From a virus: DNA of 64,000 bases. This document shows positions 9,387 to 17,257 of this stretch, in pieces. The notes below the pieces were generated by a model. It was given only the letters and a program-made list of their open reading frames with translations. It made no database searches and had not been told where the DNA came from. The translations under genes and the position numbers were made by a program. Location: the IMG/VR virus record IMGVR_UViG_3300031963_000009; one strand, written 5' to 3'. The number at the start of each line of letters is the position of its first letter. Position 1 is the first letter of the stretch.

Positions 9387-9578
9387 ATGACTGAAGAACA
9401 AATCCTACAACTTGCTGAAAATTATCTAACTTTTGAAAAGTGGAATGATATTTGTTGGAAGGCAGATACTCTACAACTTTTGAACTTTGCCCGAGCAATG
9501 TATGATGAAGGTTATGACTATGGATATGATGAAGGTTACAGTAATTGTTCTATTGATATGGGAGATGAGAATGTATGA
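9387..9578 (+). CDS. Hypothetical protein, family A (paralogue of 9814)
   Basis: MTEEQILQLA...LLNFARAMYDEGYDYGYDEG. Confidence 0.68.
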   Translation: MTEEQILQLAENYLTFEKWNDICWKADTLQLLNFARAMYDEGYDYGYDEGYSNCSIDMGDENV

Positions 9579-9814
9579 CTAAACTTTCTACACAAACACA
9601 AGCAATCATAGATGCTGCCGATGAAGTATTTTCTCACGGAGGAACAATTAGAGAGGGTTTTGCTGCTTCTCTTCGTGTTCTTGCTGATAATGTTGCCCCT
9701 GAAAATTATGCCTGTTTTTCGGGGCATAGAGAATGGGATGAAGCACTTGAAACAAGAAATGAAAGTATTCGTGAGGCAATTTTAGATATTGCTACTGAAT
9801 TGGAGCAAACCTGA
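9575..9814 (+). CDS. Hypothetical protein, family B
   Basis: MTKLSTQTQAIIDA...AASLRVLAD...IATELEQT. Confidence 0.68.
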   Translation: MTKLSTQTQAIIDAADEVFSHGGTIREGFAASLRVLADNVAPENYACFSGHREWDEALETRNESIREAILDIATELEQT

Positions 9815-10032
9815 TGACTGACGCACAAATCCTAAAACTTGCTAAATCCTGTGGGTTTGATACATTCGTGGGTGAAAAAGATGATGGGACAAACTCCGAT
9901 TACTGGGAGTGTTGGGAACGACAACTCTTGAAGTTTGCTGCTCTAATCTACACAGAAGGCTTCAAAGTGGGTTATGATGAAGGTTGGGAAAGAAGTAATG
10001 TAAGCACCAAATGGAGTTCTGATGATGACTAA
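9814..10032 (+). CDS. Hypothetical protein, family A
   Basis: MTDAQILKLA...LLKFAALIYTEGFKVGYDEG. Confidence 0.68.
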   Translation: MTDAQILKLAKSCGFDTFVGEKDDGTNSDYWECWERQLLKFAALIYTEGFKVGYDEGWERSNVSTKWSSDDD

Positions 10033-10225
10033 ACTCACAGCACTTGATTTGATGGTAATTTCAGATACTTTGTATAGAACTCTTTCTATCGCAGGATTTG
10101 AGGGAACTCTTGGTGGATATACAAAAGAAGCAAGAGAAAATGTTGCGAATAAGGTTCAAACAATTTTGAGTAATATGGAAGTAGAACTAACTGTGGAGAA
10201 AACTGATGCCCAAGATGACTTATGA
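10025..10225 (+). CDS. Hypothetical protein, family C (paralogue of 10526)
   Basis: MTKLTALDL...TKEARE...MEVE. Confidence 0.68.
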   Translation: MTKLTALDLMVISDTLYRTLSIAGFEGTLGGYTKEARENVANKVQTILSNMEVELTVEKTDAQDDL

Positions 10226-10373
10226 AGAATGGTGTGAAAAAAATCCAATTGATTGGGATGAGATTGAAAAAAATGATAATCCAGATATGTTGATTACTAA
10301 AACAGGTGTAGAAATGATGCATTATCACCTATACTTGTGGGAATGTAAAAAAGAAGAAGAAACAAATGACTGA
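10215..10373 (+). CDS. Hypothetical protein (52 aa)
   Basis: MTYEEWCEKNPIDWDEIEK...; fills the gap between coupled genes. Confidence 0.5.
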   Translation: MTYEEWCEKNPIDWDEIEKNDNPDMLITKTGVEMMHYHLYLWECKKEEETND

Positions 10374-10533
10374 CAAACAACCAACTTGGGATGGGATTTA
10401 CAAATCTCTTAATGTAGGTATTGTGAATGTTTATGAACTCACCGAACACTTGGATACACTCTACACTAAAATTTCTGAACTTGAAGCACGATTGGATAAA
10501 GAGGAAGAATACCGACAGGAGCAAAATGACTAA
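10366..10533 (+). CDS. Hypothetical protein (55 aa)
   Basis: MTDKQPTWDGIYKSLN...; overlaps both neighbours. Confidence 0.55.
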   Translation: MTDKQPTWDGIYKSLNVGIVNVYELTEHLDTLYTKISELEARLDKEEEYRQEQND

Positions 10534-10702
10534 ACTCACATCATTAGATTTATACATTCTCACCGATACTGTGCTACACTCCATAAGTCACGGTGATTAT
10601 TGGACTGGTTCTGCTACAAAAGAAGCACGGGATGGTGTCATCAAAAAACTTCAAATGATTATGAATGAAATGGAAGTAGAAGTATCTGTGGGAGAAAACT
10701 GA
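10526..10702 (+). CDS. Hypothetical protein, family C
   Basis: MTKLTSLDL...TKEARD...MEVE; AGGAG SD. Confidence 0.68.
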   Translation: MTKLTSLDLYILTDTVLHSISHGDYWTGSATKEARDGVIKKLQMIMNEMEVEVSVGEN

Positions 10703-10896
10703 TGACTTTACTTGAAACACTTGAATACTTTCTCACAGAAACCGCAGCAGATATGGATGGTTTGTCTTGGGAAATCCGTGAGGAAACTAACTTTGAGGAC
10801 AACAACATAGACCATTTGACTGAATGTTATGATTTCAATAAACAACTTTATGATAATCTCAAACAAATCAAATCTATTATTGAGGAACTGAAATGA
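10702..10896 (+). CDS. Hypothetical protein, family D
   Basis: Similar to the N-terminus of 5847. Confidence 0.68.
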   Translation: MTLLETLEYFLTETAADMDGLSWEIREETNFEDNNIDHLTECYDFNKQLYDNLKQIKSIIEELK

Positions 10897-11129
10897 CTGA
10901 CAAAAAAGAAGTAGCACAAACACTAAAAGATGCTGTAAAAACACTTTATCAGGATGAGAAGTGTGCCGAAATGGGTTGGGAAACAGATAAACCTACTGTT
11001 ATTATTGTTCTCCGTGAGTTAGTAGCAGAACTCCAATACTATCAGTTTTGTAGAGAGGAAGGTGTGGAAGATATGGTGCTTGATGCCCGTGCTATACTTG
11101 ATGTATGTGATGAATTGGAGAACCTGTGA
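10893..11129 (+). CDS. Hypothetical protein, family B
   Basis: VLRELVAEL...ILDVCDELENL. Confidence 0.68.
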   Translation: MTDKKEVAQTLKDAVKTLYQDEKCAEMGWETDKPTVIIVLRELVAELQYYQFCREEGVEDMVLDARAILDVCDELENL

Positions 11130-11305
11130 TGAGACATCAACACAACCTCAAACAAACTAAAATGTTGATTGATGCTGTTGAGCATTACATTTACACTATC
11201 AAAGATGCTGCTCCTCAATATGCTGTGAAAGAATACCAAGAGTTGCTGAAAGAACTTGAAGAAGAGGAAGCTCTACTTGAAAGAACTATTAAGAGGGATT
11301 TGTAA
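11129..11305 (+). CDS. Hypothetical protein (58 aa)
   Basis: MRHQHNLKQTKMLIDAVEHYIY...; TGATG and TAATG overlaps. Confidence 0.55.
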   Translation: MRHQHNLKQTKMLIDAVEHYIYTIKDAAPQYAVKEYQELLKELEEEEALLERTIKRDL

Positions 11306-12027
11306 TGACTAACCTTAAATTCACATCACCAAGTGGAGAAACTACCATAAAAGTTGAAGATACTGGTAGATTGGGAACAGTAGCACCTAAAACACAACTA
11401 CACATTCGCAAAATGGATGAACCAGTGAAATATGAAACTCCTATGACTGAAATTGAAGAACTGAAAGCACAAATCAAAGTGCTTGAAAAGAAGCTCTCAT
11501 TCCTTGAAGAACTGGAAAAAACAAAATCACCAGTAGAAGAAGCATACAAAGATTGGTGGGGACAATATCCTAAATTAGAAACTGATTCCAAGTATGATGT
11601 TATAAGGTGGCAAGGTTTCCAAGCAGGATATAATGCTGCTTATGAAGAAAAGGTAAGTGAAACCGCACAAGAACGAGGAGAACGAGTTCATAATGAAATG
11701 GAAGAAACTATCAAAATCCACGATGGTTATGGTGTAGTTGATTACAAACCAACTCCACAAACACCAGAACAAGTTGCTGATGGATTGAAAGAAGCATTTA
11801 GAGAAGCAGTCAAACAAGGTGTAGTTTCATCTACTAAATCAAAAACACTCACAGACCTGATTTACGATTGGTGGGAAGATGTATTCACAACTCATAGTGA
11901 TTGGGATATGGAAACTTCCATTGATAATTTGGTAGATGAAATTAGTTTGTGGTTGCCTACAGAACACGATACTAACAGTTATAAGTGGAATGAGTGTATC
12001 CGAATGATTAGAGAGAAACTACGATGA
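11305..12027 (+). CDS. Hypothetical modular protein
   Basis: 240 aa; coiled coil plus KTKSPVEEAYKDWWG and KTLTDLIYDWWEDVF modules. Confidence 0.75.
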   Translation: MTNLKFTSPSGETTIKVEDTGRLGTVAPKTQLHIRKMDEPVKYETPMTEIEELKAQIKVLEKKLSFLEELEKTKSPVEEAYKDWWGQYPKLETDSKYDVIRWQGFQAGYNAAYEEKVSETAQERGERVHNEMEETIKIHDGYGVVDYKPTPQTPEQVADGLKEAFREAVKQGVVSSTKSKTLTDLIYDWWEDVFTTHSDWDMETSIDNLVDEISLWLPTEHDTNSYKWNECIRMIREKLR

Positions 12028-12206
12028 CTGAAAGAAACTTCAAACAAGAGCTCGTTCACTCCTGTTACTATGATATGGAGAATGGATACGACAGCGAAAC
12101 AATTGATTATGATTGTCTGATTGGTATTATCACTGAATTGTGTGATAGAATAGAGCAGTTGGAAAAGGACAACGAGCTCCTGAAATCTTATGCTTGGGAA
12201 CAATGA
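12024..12206 (+). CDS. Hypothetical protein
   Basis: 60 aa; ATGA overlaps. Confidence 0.6.
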   Translation: MTERNFKQELVHSCYYDMENGYDSETIDYDCLIGIITELCDRIEQLEKDNELLKSYAWEQ

Positions 12207-12988
12207 CTGAATACAATCTACCAGAAAAAGATGATGCTCCCTGGTTAAACACTACTTATGATGGATTTATGACCCACGAAGAAATGCTTGAAGTTGCCGC
12301 ACAACGAGAAGCAGCAAATGAAGTGATTGTTGCTAAGGTATCTGAGGAAGACTATCAGAAAGTTCAGAAAGAAGTGGCAAACAAAAAAGCATGGGAAGCA
12401 GTAAAAAAACTGTATGATGAGAATGGTGATGCTCTCCAACAACTTGCTGATATCGAAAAGGAGGAACGAATGGATGCTGTGAGAACTGCTATTGCTGGTA
12501 TTGATAAGTATTCTGATGCTCTCAAAGAACTTAATGAAACTGAAAAAGTAGAACTGCGAGCAGAGTTAGAAGCAAAGAAGAAAGAAAACTTTCAACTGGT
12601 TGCTGATGCTTGTATGAAAGAATATGAGCAGAAGTATCATCGTGATGTATTCCCTGTGGATGAACACTGGGTTTATATGGTTTCTGAATACTTTGGCACA
12701 GGTGAAGGTCAAACCGTGTGTATTATGATGACACAGGCAAATCCTGGTCATCCTGAAGATTTTGAAACATCTACCAATAAGTATGTTGCTTGCACCACTA
12801 AACAGTATCGTGCTGTGAGAGCATTCCATGAGCAGTTTGGCACTTGGCATCTTCATGGTCTCAGATTTCTCAGTAAAGAAGATTTCTTCAGCGAATATTC
12901 ATACTACATTCCTCCAGCGATGATGAAACTCCTCAATAGAAGTTGCTTCAAAGACTTCTACACTCGTGTTCACTACAACTTCTCATGA
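12203..12988 (+). CDS. Hypothetical protein (coiled-coil N-terminus, globular C-terminus)
   Basis: About 261 aa; VSEYFGTGEGQTVCIM motif. Confidence 0.75.
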   Translation: MTEYNLPEKDDAPWLNTTYDGFMTHEEMLEVAAQREAANEVIVAKVSEEDYQKVQKEVANKKAWEAVKKLYDENGDALQQLADIEKEERMDAVRTAIAGIDKYSDALKELNETEKVELRAELEAKKKENFQLVADACMKEYEQKYHRDVFPVDEHWVYMVSEYFGTGEGQTVCIMMTQANPGHPEDFETSTNKYVACTTKQYRAVRAFHEQFGTWHLHGLRFLSKEDFFSEYSYYIPPAMMKLLNRSCFKDFYTRVHYNFS

Positions 12989-13170
12989 CTAAACTTTCTC
13001 CAAAAGCAAAGGCAATTATGGATGTTTTTGATAATGAATATTATCATAAAGCAAAATTACGACAAGTTGCTATTGCTTCTACTCTTCGTGAGTTGATTAA
13101 AGAACTCAAGTATATTGGTATTACTGAAAAGAACATTCTTGAAATTGTTGATGAACTGGAGGCATTATGA
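12985..13170 (+). CDS. Hypothetical protein, family B
   Basis: MTKLSPKAKAIMD...IASTLRELI...IVDELEAL. Confidence 0.65.
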   Translation: MTKLSPKAKAIMDVFDNEYYHKAKLRQVAIASTLRELIKELKYIGITEKNILEIVDELEAL

Positions 13171-13370
13171 CTGATAAAGAGCTCTACAACCCTGATGAGT
13201 TTCTACTGGATAACATCAAAGGGTATCACTATGAGGTGATGGATGAAGGACATCATGTGTGGATGGCTTTCTATTTTGAGAATGGTAACACAGGGCACTT
13301 GAATGTCTTTCTGAATGATGGTAAGATTAACACACGTTATGAAGAGTGGGTGAATGACTTACAAACTTGA
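13167..13370 (+). CDS. Hypothetical protein
   Basis: GGAGG SD; HYEVMDEGHHVWMAFY. Confidence 0.65.
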   Translation: MTDKELYNPDEFLLDNIKGYHYEVMDEGHHVWMAFYFENGNTGHLNVFLNDGKINTRYEEWVNDLQT

Positions 13371-13659
13371 TGAAAACGCCAAAGCATTCTCTTATACCAA
13401 AGAAGAATTGTTTGATTGCATTACCCGTATTGTTGCACACCCACACACTGCCATTACACATCACGATAAAACTCGTGCTATGGCAATATTTCTTACGTTT
13501 GCCGATTATCTTGGAAACTATACTGAAAGCGACAACAACTTCGGTCATGTTATCTACGAATCAGATTCTACCGATTTTGAGGGACATGTTCTACAGTTGT
13601 TGGGTAAGAATAAGCCGATGGATTTTTATCAACCTGATGTTGATGAGTTACTGAAATGA
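13354..13659 (+). CDS. Hypothetical protein
   Basis: 101 aa, in the coupled run. Confidence 0.68.
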   Translation: MTYKLDENAKAFSYTKEELFDCITRIVAHPHTAITHHDKTRAMAIFLTFADYLGNYTESDNNFGHVIYESDSTDFEGHVLQLLGKNKPMDFYQPDVDELLK

Positions 13660-13862
13660 AAGAGTGGTTTGAAGATGCTTGGTGGTCTTGGACTAATTGT
13701 ATTAACTTTCGACTCGTCAAGTATGGTGACGAGATAGATCGTTTTGCCTTCTTTGAAGAATTAAACAACGGTTGGTATCACATGTATATCTACCCTTATG
13801 ATGACTGGTATCATCCGACTATCTCACAAGAACGAAAAAAGTTTTTAGGCCAAACACCATGA
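13656..13862 (+). CDS. Hypothetical Trp/Tyr-rich protein
   Basis: ATGA overlaps. Confidence 0.6.
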   Translation: MKEWFEDAWWSWTNCINFRLVKYGDEIDRFAFFEELNNGWYHMYIYPYDDWYHPTISQERKKFLGQTP

Positions 13863-14050
13863 CTACTAGAGCGTTACAAATCCTGGAATGTACGATGGAA
13901 CTTTCTATGCGTCCTAAAAGTGGCGATAGACAAAAGTTGATTGCTCGTGTAATTCGTGAGGTTGCTGATAGATTATGTACCGATTGGGGAGAACTTGAAG
14001 ACCCTATTGAGATTTTGCGTGAAATTGCTGATGAGGTGGAGGCACTCTAA
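13859..14050 (+). CDS. Hypothetical protein, family B
   Basis: IARVIREVAD...ILREIADEVEAL. Confidence 0.65.
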   Translation: MTTRALQILECTMELSMRPKSGDRQKLIARVIREVADRLCTDWGELEDPIEILREIADEVEAL

Positions 14051-14208
14051 TGTTTGAAACTGAAACAACTTGGTGGTTTGAAAAACAAGACCGCAAAACT
14101 TGGTTACATCGTGCTCAATCAAAACTTGAAGAAGTTGTAGAACGACATGATGATGATATTGAACAAATTGAGAAAAGACTTCGTTATTTGGAGGATAATT
14201 TATCGTGA
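14050..14208 (+). CDS. Hypothetical protein (52 aa)
   Basis: GGAGG SD and TAATG overlap; MFETETTWWFEKQDRK. Confidence 0.55.
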   Translation: MFETETTWWFEKQDRKTWLHRAQSKLEEVVERHDDDIEQIEKRLRYLEDNLS

Positions 14209-14457
14209 CTGAAGAACAAAAAACACTTCTTGAAATGGTTGCAGAGGAACTCGGTGGAAAACTTTACACGGTTCTAGTGGCTGATAAGTACAAAGAACAC
14301 AAAGAAATTGTAATTAGATATGATGAACAAAAACGATAAGAACCTAGAAGTTAGACTTTATTATTCTTACAAATAAAAAGTTAGATGTTGCAAAAGTTTT
14401 CAAAATGTTACAAGACAAGTCAGCTTCAGATCCAAAATATGTTACAATGTTTAAGGA

Positions 14458-14661
14458 ATGGAGATATTAAGAATGAATGTAACTGAATACAATGTAACTG
14501 ACTGGCAACTAACTCAAGATGAGTTTGCTGATGTGATTCATCTTGTAAAGAATGAAATGCAAAAACATTCTGATGATAAGTTCAAAGAACTTTATTATGG
14601 TTTGATTGCAGGAAAACTATTAATTATGAAGAATGAAACGCAACCGTTCTCAAATAACTGA
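14458..14661 (+). CDS. Hypothetical protein
   Basis: 67 aa; AAGGA upstream; start uncertain. Confidence 0.55.
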   Translation: MEILRMNVTEYNVTDWQLTQDEFADVIHLVKNEMQKHSDDKFKELYYGLIAGKLLIMKNETQPFSNN

Positions 14662-14803
14662 ATTTTATAAAGTTGGTTATATTCTAGACGAAGAACAAAA
14701 ATGGGCTTGTTATTTTGACTTTAATTGTGCTCAAGAAGCTATGATGAAGATGATTCGACTCGGTATAAATGTGACTGGAATGGAAACACAAATGATGGTG
14801 TGA
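14633..14803 (+). CDS. Hypothetical protein (56 aa)
   Basis: MKRNRSQITEFYKVGY...; its TGA is the TGA of GTGACAG in element 4. Confidence 0.5.
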   Translation: MKRNRSQITEFYKVGYILDEEQKWACYFDFNCAQEAMMKMIRLGINVTGMETQMMV

Positions 14804-14870
14804 CAGTCTGTTGGCTGTCCACTAACCACGCCGAAGGGGCTCAGATCTTGGTATCTTAGCCATGTTGAGA
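14798..14870 (+). promoter_or_regulatory. Early element copy 4
   Basis: GTGTGACAGTCTGTTGGCTGTCCAC..CGCCGA..CAGATCTTGG-TATCTT-AGCC-ATGTTGAGA. Confidence 0.88.
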
Positions 14871-14924
14871 CACGGATGTGGTCTTGACGCAACACAAACC
14901 CCTTTCAAGTAACTTCAAGACAAC

Positions 14925-15308
14925 ATGGCGACTCGTTCTCGCATTGGTGTTCAACTCAAGAATGGCTCTGTCCTTTCTGTGTATTGTCACTGGGATGGCT
15001 ATCCGGAGTGGAATGGTAAGAAACTGAAAGAATACTTCAACACTCGGCAGAAAGCTGCGGAATTGGTTGATGGTGGAGACATCAGTGCTCTGTGGACTGA
15101 TAAAGATTGGGATGGTAAAGAACAAGAGTTCGGTACTCTTTACTACGAAGGTCGTGGTGATGTAGACACTGAACCCAATTTGAGTGAATCTTTCCAAGAC
15201 TTTATCAAGTCCGTGAATGATTCTTGGGCGGATTATGCTTACCTCTTTGCCGATGGTGAGTGGAAGTGTTATACTCCTAAAGGTAATGAAGAAAAAATCC
15301 CTGCCTGA
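14925..15308 (+). CDS. Conserved phage hypothetical protein
   Basis: MATRSRIG...VYCHWDGYPEWNG...DYAYLF. Confidence 0.8.
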   Translation: MATRSRIGVQLKNGSVLSVYCHWDGYPEWNGKKLKEYFNTRQKAAELVDGGDISALWTDKDWDGKEQEFGTLYYEGRGDVDTEPNLSESFQDFIKSVNDSWADYAYLFADGEWKCYTPKGNEEKIPA

Positions 15309-15309
15309 T

Positions 15310-15447
15310 ATGGAAAACCTCATTCAAGTGAAGTATTACTTCAAGGAACATCCCAACACTACTCTCTCGGTGTTCCTTAAGACTAAAGAACAAGTTGAGG
15401 CTTTCAAGGCTAAACATCCCGACTATGTTTATGTGGAGGCTAAATGA
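15310..15447 (+). CDS. Hypothetical protein (45 aa)
   Basis: MENLIQVKYYFKEHPNTTLSVFLKT. Confidence 0.6.
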   Translation: MENLIQVKYYFKEHPNTTLSVFLKTKEQVEAFKAKHPDYVYVEAK

Positions 15448-15584
15448 TTTACGTTGTTGAACTTTATGTTGGCGGCACTGTCTTCAAAGAAGAAGTGATT
15501 GCTACTAATCCTAAAGATGCCCGCGAAACTGCTCTTGCTCGTAATCCCAAAGCAAAAGTTGTTGGTGTTAACGTTAAATTCTGA
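15444..15584 (+). CDS. Small hypothetical protein (46 aa)
   Basis: GGAGG SD; MIYVVELYVGGTVFKEEVIATNPKDARETALARNP. Confidence 0.65.
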   Translation: MIYVVELYVGGTVFKEEVIATNPKDARETALARNPKAKVVGVNVKF

Positions 15585-15592
15585 AAATTATT

Positions 15593-16000
15593 ATGACTAA
15601 ACAAAACGGATTTATTGACCCTGCTGTTGCTGCTATTGCTGTCGGTGTGGTTGTGATTGGTGGTCTCATCTTCATTGGTGGCCCACAATATAATGTGTGG
15701 CAACAATCTCTTGCTGGTAAGGCGGAACTGCAGAAAGCAGAATACACACGTCAGGTTGCTGTTCTTGAAGCACAAGCAAAGAAAGATAGTGCTCAACAAC
15801 TTGCTGATGCTGAAATCATTCGTGCTACTGGTGTTGCTAAAGCAAACCAAATCATCGGTGATAGTCTGAAAGATAACCGTGAGTATCTTCAGTACCTGTA
15901 TATCACTGGTATTGAAGATGGTGCCAAGAATGGTAACGTGACCATCTATGTTCCCACCGAAGGTGGTATGCCAGTTCCTACTCTTCAAATGAATAAGTGA
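15593..16000 (+). CDS. SPFH/band-7-like membrane protein
   Basis: N-terminal TM helix followed by an Ala-rich coiled coil (AEIIRATGVAKANQIIGDSL...YLQYLYI). Confidence 0.72.
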   Translation: MTKQNGFIDPAVAAIAVGVVVIGGLIFIGGPQYNVWQQSLAGKAELQKAEYTRQVAVLEAQAKKDSAQQLADAEIIRATGVAKANQIIGDSLKDNREYLQYLYITGIEDGAKNGNVTIYVPTEGGMPVPTLQMNK

Positions 16001-16386
16001 TGAAACATCTGTTGATTCTTGTGTCTCTGTTGGTAACTTCTCCTGCATTTGCACAAACAAAAGAAGTCACTAAACAGAAAGTATATCGTCCTTTTACATA
16101 CGAAACTGCATGTGCATTGGAAACTCCTCAAGAGTTTCAAGTAGATACATGTAAAGTTGTGGAAACTAGGGAGTCTACTGGTGCTCTTCGCACTCGTAAT
16201 ATCTTCTCTAATCGTTTCCGTCTTACCATCAAATCTCGTTTTGATAAAGAAAAGGGATTTGTAACTTGGGATTCTCACAATAAGTTTGAGTACAAGTTTG
16301 AATATAAAGTTGGTGGTGTAGATGGCCTTGGTGCCTGGTCTTATGTAATGCCAGGATTCTTACTTGAGAATGTCTCATGGGACTGA
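16000..16386 (+). CDS. Secreted hypothetical protein
   Basis: Signal peptide MKHLLILVSLLVTSPAFA. Confidence 0.72.
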   Translation: MKHLLILVSLLVTSPAFAQTKEVTKQKVYRPFTYETACALETPQEFQVDTCKVVETRESTGALRTRNIFSNRFRLTIKSRFDKEKGFVTWDSHNKFEYKFEYKVGGVDGLGAWSYVMPGFLLENVSWD

Positions 16387-16439
16387 TAAGGATCTTTGAT
16401 CAATCAGCCCTTGACTTTCTTCCGTTTTTTTCTTATTGT
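16386..16439 (+). promoter_or_regulatory. Sigma70-like promoter with an upstream ATAAGGATCYYTGATCAAT motif
   Basis: TTGACT(16411)-17-TATTGT(16434); the 19-mer at 16386 matches 18653 at 18 of 19 positions. Confidence 0.7.
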
Positions 16440-16462
16440 ACTTTTGTTCAACTGATTCACAC

Positions 16463-16609
16463 ATGAACGACGATTTCAATTTTGATTCCTTTGATGAAGG
16501 TGATCTCTATGAATCCTTGATGGAATCTAATCCAGAAGATTGGCTTCCTGATGCTGGTATCCGAGAAGAGTTTGATTCTGAAACTCTTGCCCTTCTACGG
16601 AACTTTTAG
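16463..16609 (+). CDS. Small acidic protein (48 aa)
   Basis: MNDDFNFDSFDEGDLYESLMESNPEDWLPD...; first ORF after the promoter. Confidence 0.55.
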   Translation: MNDDFNFDSFDEGDLYESLMESNPEDWLPDAGIREEFDSETLALLRNF

Positions 16610-16640
16610 TATAATAAAATGGGTAAGTAGGTGAGTGTTA

Positions 16641-17147
16641 ATGAAGGTTGTTGAAAGACACCGATACGAAAACGGAGAAATCTTTGAGACTAGATCTCTG
16701 AGGTTTCTCCCTTTTTATTACTCGGAAGAGATTGCTGAATCTCTGATGAAGATCATTCGTAATCAACTTACACCTGACTTGCTGACTAAAAAGTATCGCA
16801 AGGAGAATGAAACAAACCCAATGTACGGGCATTGTTATCATTCAACTCAAGCCCTATTTTATCTCATGGAACCTCACGATTTGATTCCAATGAGTGGAAT
16901 AGATTACAGAGGTGATACACACTGGTGGTTGTATGATGACCGAGGAGTTATCTATGACACAACCGCAGATCAGTATTACTCTGTGGGACAAGTTCCCCCA
17001 CATGCTGTTGGAAAGAAAACAGCTTGGTATGGTTGGAAACAACGACCACACCAAAGATCTCTCACTTTAATCATGAGAGTTCTTGATGCTTGTAACATTG
17101 AGTATTGTTACGAAACCATCAAACCTCAGACGGGGGGCTTGACATAG
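16641..17147 (+). CDS. Putative transglutaminase-like (Cys-His-Asp) protein
   Basis: YGHCYHSTQAL...THWWL...IYDTTADQY has catalytic-triad-like spacing. The fold call is an inference. Confidence 0.55.
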   Translation: MKVVERHRYENGEIFETRSLRFLPFYYSEEIAESLMKIIRNQLTPDLLTKKYRKENETNPMYGHCYHSTQALFYLMEPHDLIPMSGIDYRGDTHWWLYDDRGVIYDTTADQYYSVGQVPPHAVGKKTAWYGWKQRPHQRSLTLIMRVLDACNIEYCYETIKPQTGGLT

Positions 17148-17167
17148 TTCTTTGTCTGATCTATACT
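17139..17167 (+). promoter_or_regulatory. Host-like sigma70 promoter
   Basis: TTGACA-17-TATACT upstream of the DUF262-HNH gene. Confidence 0.8.
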
Positions 17168-17257
17168 CAAAACATCAAAGACACGGACACAATCCCAACT
17201 CTTAATTGAGACGGTCAAAACTCCAAGTCCTAGATGCAAACCTTACAAACAAAAACC

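Noticed and set aside
6078-11559. 15-nt match TACAAAGATTGGTGG at 6078 and 11545
   Set aside because: It encodes YKDWW in both genes with no flanking similarity; explained by the constrained Trp codons.
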